This document shows, piece by piece, positions 13,830 through 25,224 of a stretch of DNA of 64,000 bases. Both the position numbers and the translations under genes were made by a program. Each line of letters begins with the position of its first letter. Position 1 is the first letter of the stretch. Location of the stretch: the NCBI GenBank assembly GCA_047495785.1, contig JBLDXI010000031.1, positions 1,240,001 through 1,304,000 of the forward strand. The letters run 5' to 3'. A model generated the notes under the pieces. It made no database searches and was not told the DNA's origin. It saw only the letters and a program-made list of their open reading frames with translations. Origin of the DNA: Lepidodermella squamata. Lineage: Eukaryota > Animalia > Gastrotricha.

Positions 13830-16800
13830 TCAAATAAGCAGCTCATCATCATCACTCAGCGTGTCATTCAAATCAACAAGATTCGCCGTCGGCGCATTGA
13901 CCAGCCGCGAAAGCGCCGAATTCGCATTCGCCAACAACTCCTTCGGCGAGCCATTTTCAACGACCAAACCACCATCTACAACTATCACACGATCAAAGGC
14001 ACCATCAGCTAACACGTTCTGCAACCGATGCGCAATCATCAGCAACGCTCGACGCGACTCGCCAGACCCTGTCGCGCCCTGGCACAACGCTCGAACGACT
14101 ACAGCCTCGGTTTCGCTGTCAACCGAAGCCGTCGGCTCATCGGCACACAGCATCACAGCTGTTGAAGACGACAACGCCCTGGCTACGCATAACAGCTGCC
14201 GCTCACCTAACGATAGTTTCGCACCCCTCTCGCCAACATCACAGTCTAAAATCTCAGTACCAAGTGGCGTTAAACGCTGAATTTTATCGGTAAGTTGAGC
14301 TAGATGCAACGCATTAACCAAAACGCTCTCGTTTATCTGAAGGCCAGGGTCCAAATTCTGCCGAACCGTGCCTGAAAAAACAATAGGTTCCTGTGGCACA
14401 CTGGCTAATAACGAACGCAATTGAGTCCGAGTTAACGTCGCTGTATCTAAACCATTCACTTCAATTGACCCGCGTTCTGGGGTCACTAGCCGGAATAACG
14501 CAGCGATTAGCGACGATTTCCCAGCGCCTGTTCTGCCTACGACAGCGACACGTTCGCCCTGTTTAATCGTCAATGAGATTCCGTTCAACGCAAATGGAGT
14601 TGTTTCTCGGTAACGCAGCCAGACGTTGTTGAAAGAAACCGCTGGCACGTGGCGGCCCTGTAAAACTTGAGAGCCGCTTCGCGACGACGGTTCTTTCGCC
14701 TCCTCTTTCGGCAACCCGTCAATGTACTGCTTCACACGCTCTACGCTAATCATTTGCCGTTCAGTTTCTGTGAAAGATCCGATGAGTCCGGACAGGAAAC
14801 CGGTTAGTGATAACGCATAGGACAGACTTAGACCGACCAGCGCCGGGTCGGCTGTGCCCTTCCAATGCTCGAGAATCGCAGCGGCGCAGCACGCTCCCAC
14901 TGCGAAGACGCCCATGATTTGCAGGGTGGTTGATAGCCATTGGCTGGCGAGTAGCGACGAGAATTGAACGCGTTGATTCGAATCAACGTGGCGTTTATTC
15001 TCGTCCAACACCGAATTTTCAAGGACTAGCCCTCGGATTACAGGCAGGCAGCTGCCGGTTAATGCATACGACGTTGCGTGAGAGAAAATCGGCGATTGGC
15101 TGTTCATTTGCAGGCGTTTTAGGTCACGGCTTGAGAAGCGGTAAAAGCGTTGTAGGAAGTAGTAGATTATGGCGAGTGGGGCGACTACGGCCAATGTGAT
15201 TGGGGCTGCGTAGATGATGGTCCCTAGAGTGCCTATCAGACCGGCTATTTGAGCGAGAAGGATGTTCAACTCAAAGGGGACTGAGTCATCACAGGCCCAG
15301 ACGTCAGCAGTTATCCGGTTCAAAACGCGACCTAAGGAAAGCAAAATTAACGGTTTTAACACCAAATATCAATCGAAATGTCTCACCAATCGGGGTGTTT
15401 TCGAAAAAGCTAAGCGGTGCCTTCAAAATAGACCCGAGCAAGTTGTCGTGGAGCACGGCGGCTGCGTTGAGGCCGACATAAGCGAAGGAGAAAGCTCGAA
15501 GGAGGGCGAACAACGAATTTGCCCCGCCGATACCGCCGTAAACAGCCAGATAGACGTCGGTGCCATTTCCAGTGGTCACGCTCGTTCCATTCTACAAATT
15601 ACAAAACTGGTTAACTTTTGGCTATACCGAGTTGATTTCCCGGCTCAGTTTGCTTGCAAATTCAAAAATTCAATGTTTAGCTCGGTTGAAATAAATTTGA
15701 TGTGAGACGTGATATCAATAGAAAACCATCAAAAGAAAAAGCAGGATAGGTAATAGCATTAAATGAAACGAATTTGTTCGTCTTTAAAATCCTACTGTAT
15801 TGTAAAAACTACCAACAGTCCTGAATCGTAGCCCTTATCAATCTAATGCAAGCCCGTGACAATCTCATTCCTAATTCGAAGATTTTCACCATTTTTTTTT
15901 AATTTTCAAAACATTTCGAACAACTGATAATAACGCGATTTCTTATCTCTTCGCCAAAAAACTTTAGAAATTTTCAAAAAGCCAGAAGAACAGTAATCCA
16001 ATATATCACTTGCCATTGGGATTAAGAAATCCGGAGAAATTAGGTCCATACCGGTAAAATACCGAAAATTACCGAACCAGTTACCATCGGAGTTTCCCGA
16101 GTTTTCCCCGGTAATTTTTCAATTTTTTTCGGTGAATAAAGGATGGAAAAATCTCCCGGTAGCTGCAATACAAAACTACAACGAGCCCCATAAGTTGCAC
16201 AACCATTTTTTGTAATTTCGAACAATTTTAAGGAAATTAAACCAAAAAATTGTTAAATTAAGTCCACTGGGGACTGGGGGAATCTTCCATCCTTTTTCCA
16301 TCATTTTAGAGTTTCTGATCTCTTTCCCGTGCATTTTCTTTGTTGCGTTACTTATGGAACACGATGTTGTTCAATTTCCAACAAAAATTTGAAAATTCAA
16401 AAATATTATGGGCCGCCATGTAATTAATGGCAATTAAACAAAAATTGTTGGTAGGAAAAAATGGGCCGAAATCTTACCGGAGATGAGCCGAGCCAATGAG
16501 CTAGCCAAATATCAGCCGCATTTCGACTGCCCTGCATCAACACCAAGGTGATCAAAGCGAACGCACACCAGCCATAGCCCGCTGCTTTCACGTACGAATG
16601 CCAAACGTCAAGCCGAACCGAGCCAACTTGACTCTTCTCCTTCGATTCATCATCTTCCTCTTCGCTTTTCTGGTTATTTGCGTCATTTTCGGTTGCCGCG
16701 TCGTCCGCAGTTCGAGATTCAGCGTTGTCTTCGAAAACGTCGCTCGGCGTCCAGCTGCGGCCGAGAACTTCCTGAGCCGGCCCAGCAGCTTCAACCAGCC

Positions 16801-19800
16801 CATCGGCGCTGATTTTAATGACCAAATCAGCCCGGCTAGCCAGGTCGTGGCGAGTTGTGGCCATGACAACGCTTGCATTCTGCTCTTCGATCAGCAACTT
16901 CCGAACGCAGTGTGAGAAAATGTGCCGGCCAACTTTAGCGTCGACGCTTGAGAACGGATCGTCGAGTAAGTAGACCGAATGGTTCGAGTCGTAAATCGCT
17001 CGAGCTAGCGCAACACGTTGTCGCTGGCCACCACTACAAATGAAATAATCAGATTTTTCAAAAATCCGAAGAAATTCACTTAGAATAGTTAAAATAGAGA
17101 AAATTAACGAACAATTCCTATCGGAATATTTCAGGATTTTCGATAAATTTTACGGTGAAAATACTTTTAGTAGCTTTTATTTTGTAAAATTACAAAAATT
17201 TGAAAACATAAGAGGTTGCGCATTCTAGGTTGAACATTTTCCAGCTATTTTTTTTAGCTTATAGTGAAAATATTTAAATTCGGTGTGCCAATTTTTTCCC
17301 TGTCTAGCGCAAAATTTAAAAGAAAATTACCTGAGAGCAGAACCATCTTCGCCGACGTCAGTCAAATCGCCTCGCGTCATTCGATTCAGATCAGTTCGCA
17401 GGGCAGTTGCATCGATAACTTTTTCATACCTGCAATCAATAATCAACAGTAATTCTCGAGAATGTCGCCAAAATGAAAGACTAGTTTGCATTCACGTTCG
17501 CCAGAGGCAAAATTCAACGAAATTGTAGCTTGCGTTTCAGAAAAATAGATCTCACGGGAAATTTCGCTTTTTTCTTTTAATATTCGCCGAAATTTGAAAT
17601 ATAACATTTAAAATTTAAAATGAATTTCATGTTTATATATAATAATTTCGGGGTTTTTTATTTTGAGATTTTGAAATTGAAAACACCATAAATTTCAATT
17701 CTTCCATTAATACCACTAATTAAAATAATCCTCAGTAATTTATGGCGGATTTTGAAAAAATTCAGGAATGTAACCACGCGAAGTATTTATTAGATTTATT
17801 TGATAGCCAATTTTCTTACCGTTTGCTATCGAATTGGCGATGAAGTAAAATGTTGGACCGTATTGTGCCGGAAACAAGCCACGGCTGTTGGGGTGCAAAG
17901 CCTACTCCACTAAATTCGGCGCCAGCAATAAAAACATGCCCACTCTCTCGCACAAGCTGTTACAGAAACAAATATTCATTAATAAAACCTTGTATTTTCG
18001 ACAGCAAAAATAGCCGAATAATCAGAAAATTCACGTACCTCTCCAGCCAAAGATAGCAGGAATGCGCTTTTTCCAGAACCGAGATTGCCAATAACACAAA
18101 CCAAAGATCCTTTCGCAACAGTAATACTCGACATTGATTGCAACGTGAACGAATTAGCACTTTCATCGTCCGATTTCTTCCTCGGATAAGAAAATACAGC
18201 ACCAGGCGAAACACTGATAACGGCAGAATCGAGCGAGGAATGACTGACTGGGCAAAAATATTTCGATCTAGCGACAAGAGCCGCGTCTCGATTACGAAGG
18301 GAGCCAGCTCGGAATTGAACGAGGCGGAAAAATTTCTGTAACCTTCGCATAGAGACTATACCATCTATCGTGCCATTAACGACCCAGGGGAACGCATTTA
18401 AGGGTGCAATTAACATGTTGAATAGGGCGATTGACGTATAAACTCGGGTTGAAGTCAAAGGTTGCCCGCTCAGGTACAAAAACCCTATGAAAGTCGATAG
18501 TTGCATCAGTAACGGCGTTGTAGCCCAGAAATAGACGCAACCAGCGTCGAGTAATTTTCTGCCCTTCAAACATCGCCAGAGCTCAGTTTTTCGAATATTA
18601 ACAATTTTAGACATGAAAATCGACTCCCATGCGTAGAGTTTGACAGCTTTCATGCCTTGAAGCATCTCAGAGCAAAGTTTAACCCTCTCATCTTTGGCGG
18701 CCAGCATTTCTTGCGTGTATTTCATGATTTGACGGCAAATCACGAAATTAATCGGAATTAACAGAACCGCCAAAATCACGCCAGCGATGAAGTAAATGCC
18801 CAACTGCTGGTACAATAAGTAGAACGCTATTCCGATTTGAAACGGTAGTGACCACAAGCTGTGAAATGACGGTAGAATATTAGCGACGCGATCGGTGTCA
18901 GTCGATAGAAACGTCATAACTTGACCTGGATTGAATTCGGCGGTCAAAACTGCATGCGGTACAGATAACATTTTCGCGAAAATAGAGGCTATCAGCGACG
19001 CCCGAACTTGCATAGTCATGCATTGAATCAGGTAGGTGAACCAAGAGTTGGTGAGAGCTGAGAGAAAAGTAGCGCCGAATAACCCACCAGCAATAGCCCC
19101 GCCGTAGCTCAACGGCTTCGATTGATCACTGACAAAATCAGTTAGCATTCCGAGAAGAAACGGAGCTCCGAATGACAGAGAGTCGGATAGCAATTTTAAA
19201 ATTCCAATCGCGAAAAACTTCCACCCAAATGACTTGAGCAAAATTTTTAGCAATGAGACATTAGTACATCGATTTTCTAGATACTCCGAGTTATGATAAC
19301 AGCCTGTATTTCCTTCTTCCACTGCAGTTAAGCTGTTGATAAGCAAATCGTAGGCGACAGTAAATTTTCGAAGCAGATAGTCAGCCGTGAGGGATTTCGG
19401 TAGCTGAATGAGAGATTCTATTGACTCAAGGCCGTACTTTTTTCCACGCTTCAACAGTAGAAATGCATCCCAGAAGAACAGTCGTCCCAGAAAGTTGGTG
19501 ACTCTTTCAGTTGGAACAAATGAGCCGTTCACAGATCCATAAGCAGGCCCATTTTCAGATTGGATCAATGGGCGCTCTTCGGATACATTTTGACTGTCGA
19601 TAAAAGCGTACACTTGAAACACCCTTCGCTTGACAATGCACGTGGTGGTGACGAAGCCAAGAATGGCAAACAGCATGATAACTTGGTAGATAATAAGCAC
19701 AACGAAGTCCAGAGAAGAAACAGAACTGGCCGCATAGCTCAATATAATTGGAATTTGAGCAATGAAAATTAACGAGGCCGAGAGGGTGATTGGAAACATT

Positions 19801-20219
19801 CCGGGTAGTAGAACGTATCGACTGAGATGGACACGTCGGAAATACGTCAAGATTGTAATCCAAGTTGTAAACATGAGCATGATCATGCAGTCTTGAATGA
19901 AACCAGTCGATTGGCCAGTAAGAAAGATGACTAAAATTAGTTTCAATAGCGGCAAAGAAATGAGAAGAATCAGCATCAGCTGACAGAAATAACTCATGCG
20001 GACTGGAAACGGTAAACGAGTGTATTCCAAGGTGTGACGGTTTATCCTGTCACGTTTGGGGTATCTTCCGAGATAATAGGCAGTAATGATCAGGACAAGT
20101 GAATGGCTGATAAAGCCGAATACCATTGTCGAGAAGCATTGGCCGAACGCTAGTCCGGTCCAGATTGCCAGAGAGTCATCCTGTCCGCAAACCCCTTGCC
20201 AATCAGAAGGTAAATTCAT
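13830..20219 (-). CDS. ABCC10: ABC transporter C family member 10 (MRP7)-like; exons approx 20219-18039, 17956-17820, 17429-17331, 17033-16478, 15591-15387, 15331-13830
   Basis: TMD0 with the ABCC10-type motifs [27 protein letters not shown] and [14 protein letters not shown]1 has [10 protein letters not shown]|GGQRQR and [10 protein letters not shown]; NBD2 has [15 protein letters not shown] and ADE. Canonical GT-AG junctions. Likely start is ATG 20219 ([11 protein letters not shown]), just after an AG acceptor. Confidence 0.9.
16040..16362. repeat. Dispersed repeat shared between ABCC10 intron 4 and EHBP1 intron 2
   Basis: 16303-16362 (CATTTTAGAGTTTCTGA...TTGCGTTACTTATGGAACAC) resembles 30560-30620. 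16040-16110 resembles the reverse complement of ~30400-30460. Confidence 0.6.
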
Positions 20220-20970
20220 CAGTTCTATGAACAATAAATCAAATAAATTCATCAAGTCAAGGTTGCACACATCGATTCGAAGGACTCAAGAAGAATATAG
20301 CTCAATGTGTTGCGCTAATCCGTGACAATAAAAAGCCAAACATATAGCGATTGCGCTGAAGAGAAAGATGAGCTAAACCATTGCTAAATATGCTAGAACG
20401 CCATCAGCCATCAGCCAAACAATCAACGAACGCTGCGACAGTTGACAAAAACATCTGACCTGCGCGCATGAAAAGTGCAGCCAAAAAAAACATGAAGAAT
20501 TCAAAAAATTTCGCGGGTTTTCAAAACTGGATTCGTATAATAAAACTTATGTCAAGTTTTGTATCATATATTCAAGCATTTGATTTATTAAGTGTCCTTC
20601 ACGTCTATTAATTGCTCGATCTCAAGATTCATCTTTCACCGCAGTCGCCGAGGGAATCCCTTGCGTTTTTTGAGGCTTTTGGCGTCACAACTTTGCTGTG
20701 GGGAGCCATCTGGCAGCCTCGGGAAGCGACAGGTAGTGACACTCTCTGAGTCCTCAAGAGGGAACCCTCTGAGATGTAGACCCTATATTAGCTCTAAGGC
20801 CTGAGCTTCCCAGATTAAACTTTTGATTTGTTTTTGCTCTTGTCATCATACCTTACATCTTAACATCTAAATATCCTTGCTCAAACAATGCTGCTAACAC
20901 TTTGGCTATATCACGTGTGTCGTGGCTTTATAGTTTAGATTAGTTGGAGTAGTTCGCGTTTGCCGTGCGG

Positions 20971-22096
20971 ATGGATCAAAGCAATGACGTGATTGTTAGT
21001 CTGCAAGATTTGAACAATCGCTTGACCAAGAAAACAATTCGAAAACCAAATGTTACTGAAACGTCTGAAGAATATGTCTCCTTGGCCAAAACGCTGGAGT
21101 CGCAGTCAGCCTTCAACTATGCTGGGCTTGTCAACATCCACAGAGCTCGCGCTGAAAGGCTTGTGCCGAACCCAGTTTCAGAGGCTGGTGCTCTTAGGGA
21201 AGCTGGTTTAGCTTATGCATCAGCTTGGTCTGAGAACGTTCAACACATCGGTCTCCCTGATACTGGATTAGAAACCAATGCTATAATTAACAGCCTTGTT
21301 CAATCTGCTCGTGTTTATGCCGAGTTTTGCGATCCTCTCATGTCATCGCGCAAGCTCAGTGAGCTAGGCGATATATTGTTTAAAGGTATGAATTACTAAA
21401 TTTTAATGGGTTATAAATTCAACGAGAATTGAACAGGAGGACAATTTTCTGATGCCGTCGCCGCTTATCAAAAAGCTATTGCTTCCATTCCGACCGATTC
21501 TTTTGAACGATCAGCGTTTATTGACCGTCTGCTGCAAGCTCGCACGCAGTTATTTTTGTCAAATAACGCCCAGCAGAACAATGCTTATCTAGCCGTTGTG
21601 GCTCAGCCAGACTTCCAAGTGCCGCATTTACCGGAGGAAATACAGCTTCAAAACATTGAACTTTCAATTACGACGTTCCTACTTTCGTTGCTTAAAATCG
21701 CTGTATTCTTGCGTAATTCTTACCCGATGATTCCAGTCTCAGCGCTCCTAAACTTTGCTTCAAACCGCATTTCTCAAGAAGTTGCGCCGAAATCTGCAGA
21801 CGCCAATGATGGTATGAAAACCTTTTTTCGTAAGATTATTTTTGCAATTTATGTAATTTTTAGTATCTTATGCCGAGGATTGCGATGCGTTGAATCGATT
21901 TCTAGCGAATTATCCTGGTTGTTGGCGGGTTGCACATGGCCAGCTGCTGCGAGCTCTGGCTGAAGCCGTCTGGTGGCGTGACTCGCATGCTGGTCTTGCA
22001 GTTGAACATGCGCTTTTACCTAGACTAACCGGTTCGCGTACGCAACGCGATATTTGCGCTCTAATAGTCAGTTGTCTGATTTCGCCAGTCAACTAA
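20971..22096 (+). CDS. F8A1: HAP40 / factor VIII intron 22 protein (F8A)-like; exons 20971-21385, 21437-21811, 21864-22096
   Basis: The N-terminus LNNRLTKKTIRKPNVTETSEEYVSLAKTLE...YAGLVNIHRARAE matches the HAP40 motif [20 protein letters not shown]...YAAWCQLAVARC. Two ~51-nt GT-AG introns preserve frame. Confidence 0.75.
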
Positions 22097-22200
22097 TTTA
22101 TTTGATGTGAAAAACTGGGCTCCCGTGATTCTATTTTCTACATATATATTGATTGACTATTAAATGATGACGTGTTTTAATTGTTTTATTTAGGATTATT

Positions 22201-24749
22201 ATGGGATATGATTTGAAGAGATTTCACGAGCCAGTCGATGAGGAGTTGATCTGCCCGATTTGCCGCAATGTCTTACAAGACGCGTTGCAAATTCGAGGCT
22301 GTGAACATGCGTTTTGTTCAACCTGTATCAACGAATGGCTCGAACACTCGCAGTCTTGCCCAGTTGATCGATCGCCGTTAGATATCGAAGAAGGCGACCT
22401 CATCTCCCCGCCTCGAATTCTACGAAATCTCCTCGCTAGGCTTGAGATCGCTTGCGATAATGTTGACCATGGCTGCACGATGAAAATTCGGCTCGAGAAC
22501 CTTGACCATCACTTGAAAGAATGCGATTTCTCCCCGAAAAAGCCGGTTCAATGTGAAATGGGTTGTGGCTTTGTTGTCGCTAAGGATGAGCTCAAAAATC
22601 ACAACTGCATACGCGATTTGCGGAAGCAACTGGTCGAGCAAACCGAAAAGGTATCAACCCTCGAATGCGAAGTTTCGAACTTGAAGCAAGTCTCCGGGGC
22701 GATGCAACGCGAGATTCATTTGTTGAAAGAATGCATTCGAGTTCTTCAGACCACAACGCCAACTCCGAGATTACGTGAGCTGCAAACCGAGTTGGAAAAA
22801 CAGTCCATGCTGCAATGGGCTAATACTTTGACGGTTGCGAGGGTTCAAAGATGGGGTGGCATGATATCTACCCCTGACAGGTACGTTAGAACTTGATAAA
22901 ATACTTATTAGCTCTCGCTTCTGAAAAATTGCCTAAAATTGTCATCACATGATTTCCATTTTTCGACATTATTAGGTGAAATGTGAAGAAATAGTAGATT
23001 AATTTTCTTCCAATATATTTCTGGTGCTTTATTATTTAGAAGGAAAAACTCTCATAGCTGTGGCTTTATCGTGCTATGAAATACCCCAAATCTTTAAAAT
23101 CTTCTCGCACTACTGTTCTACGTGATTTGGTTTCATGCGGATTTTTCTCATTTGCCGCATTAGTGGATTCTGAGGAAAATTTTAATGAAAACTGAATGAA
23201 CAGTTTAGCGGGAAAATGGTGCCTTTCATAAATTTTAGTCTATTTTTATTTTTCTAAAAATTTGCACATCACTTGACTCTATTGAAGACTTTCCTTAGGC
23301 TCGTTTTTGTGAGGCTTGAGTATATTTTTTCCGCCAATCCGTGGTTGGAAAGGCAGTGGCTAGCAGATTTCAACTTCGAATTATAAGTTTTGATGCTAAA
23401 ATGTTGATTAATCTGTAAGATTTACATGAGAACTTATTACGAGGCCAGTTTGGATGTTGAAAAAATCTGAAAATATCAGGTTTTCCCCTTTACGCAAAAG
23501 GCATTAGGCATTAATAATTTGAATATTACGACTTACCGTAGTGTGGGGTAACTTGACCGGGAGGTAACTTGGCCGGAAAAGTCGATTTACCATCGACATC
23601 ACAGCTAAATCATAACTTTTCTCCGCGTTTTTTTCCATTGAGTCAATCTTTGGAACTTGGGCTACATTGTGCACTTTTCCGAATTTTAAAATTGTTGACG
23701 AATCAAAATCGATAATCGATAATAACTGATCGATTTTGATCGTTGAAACTTTGACATTAAAAATCTCGACATTGGGGAAGTTTCAGACGACGCTGTTTTC
23801 AGATTCGGAATCCTCTCGTTGAGATCTTTCAAAATACACCTCAAACTTGAAAATCTGTTGGCGGAAGCACGGAAAGTGAGTACTTGAAGTTTGTGGGGTA
23901 ACTTGGCCGATTTTTAACGTGCGAAATGCGCACCAAAATTTGGCCTGGACTCGAGAGGGCGTGATGAATCATCGCCCTAGTTTCTGCCAGATGGTTCATC
24001 GCCAAGTGAAATAGCCATGCAGCCAAGTTACCCAACGCTACGGCCAAGTTGCCCCACTTGGACCCGATGCTTCAAACCCAGATAAAACCGACCAGGAGCA
24101 TCGGTTTTTGACGGGGTTTGCGGCTATCGCTTGATCATCAAACGAGGAATCTGCTGATATTAAATTTGCGGGGGTTTACGATAAAAGCTCGTTATGAGAC
24201 GCCGAAAACTGGTTTTCCGGCCAAGTAACCCCACACTACGGTATTGCGAGTTGACAGCAATTTTACGAAGTTTATTTACATATAATGATAAAATGTGTCT
24301 TTTTTATTATTCTAAAGTGTCTTGCAAAGTCTGGTCAAGCGTGCACTTCTCGACTCGGGCTGTCACCCGGTACTTGCCGCAGAACTGGTCGAAAATTCCC
24401 ACGAAAGGCGCTGGCCAAGTGGCCTGTCATCGCTGGAAACGCGCCAATTAAAGCGCCGGCATTACGCCCAGGTAAAACAACAAAATTCATGCAAACAAAT
24501 TCGCATTATTTACTTCGGAAAAAATATCGATCACGTTTTTTCGCACACGTGCCATAGTAAATTACGCGGCTAATTTCCGTGCGAACAATTATTATTATTA
24601 TTATTGAATTTTTTTCCTTCCAGTACGTGTGCCGTCGCGTGCCGGGAAAACAAGCCGTTATCGTGCTGTCGATGGACAATCAACATATGCCGGACGATAT
24701 GATTCTGGACCCGGGCATTGTCATGATTTTCGCCCATGGCGTTGAGTAA
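22201..24749 (+). CDS. RNF41: E3 ubiquitin ligase NRDP1; exons 22201-22880, 24318-24471, 24624-24749
   Basis: MGYDLKRF...ELICPIC...CEHAFC RING, TRAF-like zinc region and coiled coil, then RWGGMISTPD, HERRWP and the C-terminal QAVIVL...PGIVMIFAHGVE (USP8-interacting domain). Confidence 0.95.
23536..24241. mobile_element. Non-autonomous Tc1/mariner-pogo-type MITE in RNF41 intron 1
   Basis: Terminal inverted repeats CCGTAGTGTGGGGTAACTTGACCGG ... CCGGCCAAGTAACCCCACACTACGG, flanked by TA on both sides, with internal GGTAACTTGGCC repeats. Confidence 0.8.
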
Positions 24750-25224
24750 ATAATATTAAAAAATATTTCGCAGAAAAAATGCCTTTTCTTTTTGTACCTC
24801 TTACCAATCGCTTTTTTTCTGGCCAAAATTAATCATTTTTACTGCAGGTCTTTTGCTAAATGGCGTCAACAGTTGAGTAATAAATCATTAATGTAATGCT
24901 GAAAAAATGTACTTCCTTATCTGAATTAATTAACAATCCGCTTGTATTCCACTTCAAACCATGATTTTTTCCTATATTGTTGCGCTTCTGTATGTGTATA
25001 TAACGCCATGATGAAAAATCTCAAGCCCGAAAAAACTACTGAGTCGAGATAACACAAAATGAATAATATGATGATGAAAACTCATTTTCTTTCCAATAAT
25101 TCCAGTATATAACGAGTAATAACGTCATTTAATATTCATGATAGTTCGTTATTCAGCGCCAAAGACTTGAGATAAACTAACAGCTCGATACTGGGTGATT
25201 TTTTTCGATAAAAAATTATCAAAG

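Noticed and set aside
13741-15705. Plus-strand ORFs (179, 147 aa etc.) opposite ABCC10
   Set aside because: Antisense shadows of a real coding sequence, with no recognisable motifs.
20640-20815. Short matches to RNase P / RNase MRP RNA (GGGAAGCTCA and CAGAGAGTG on the minus strand)
   Set aside because: The conserved CR-I and CR-V P4-forming motifs are absent, so the matches are probably coincidental.
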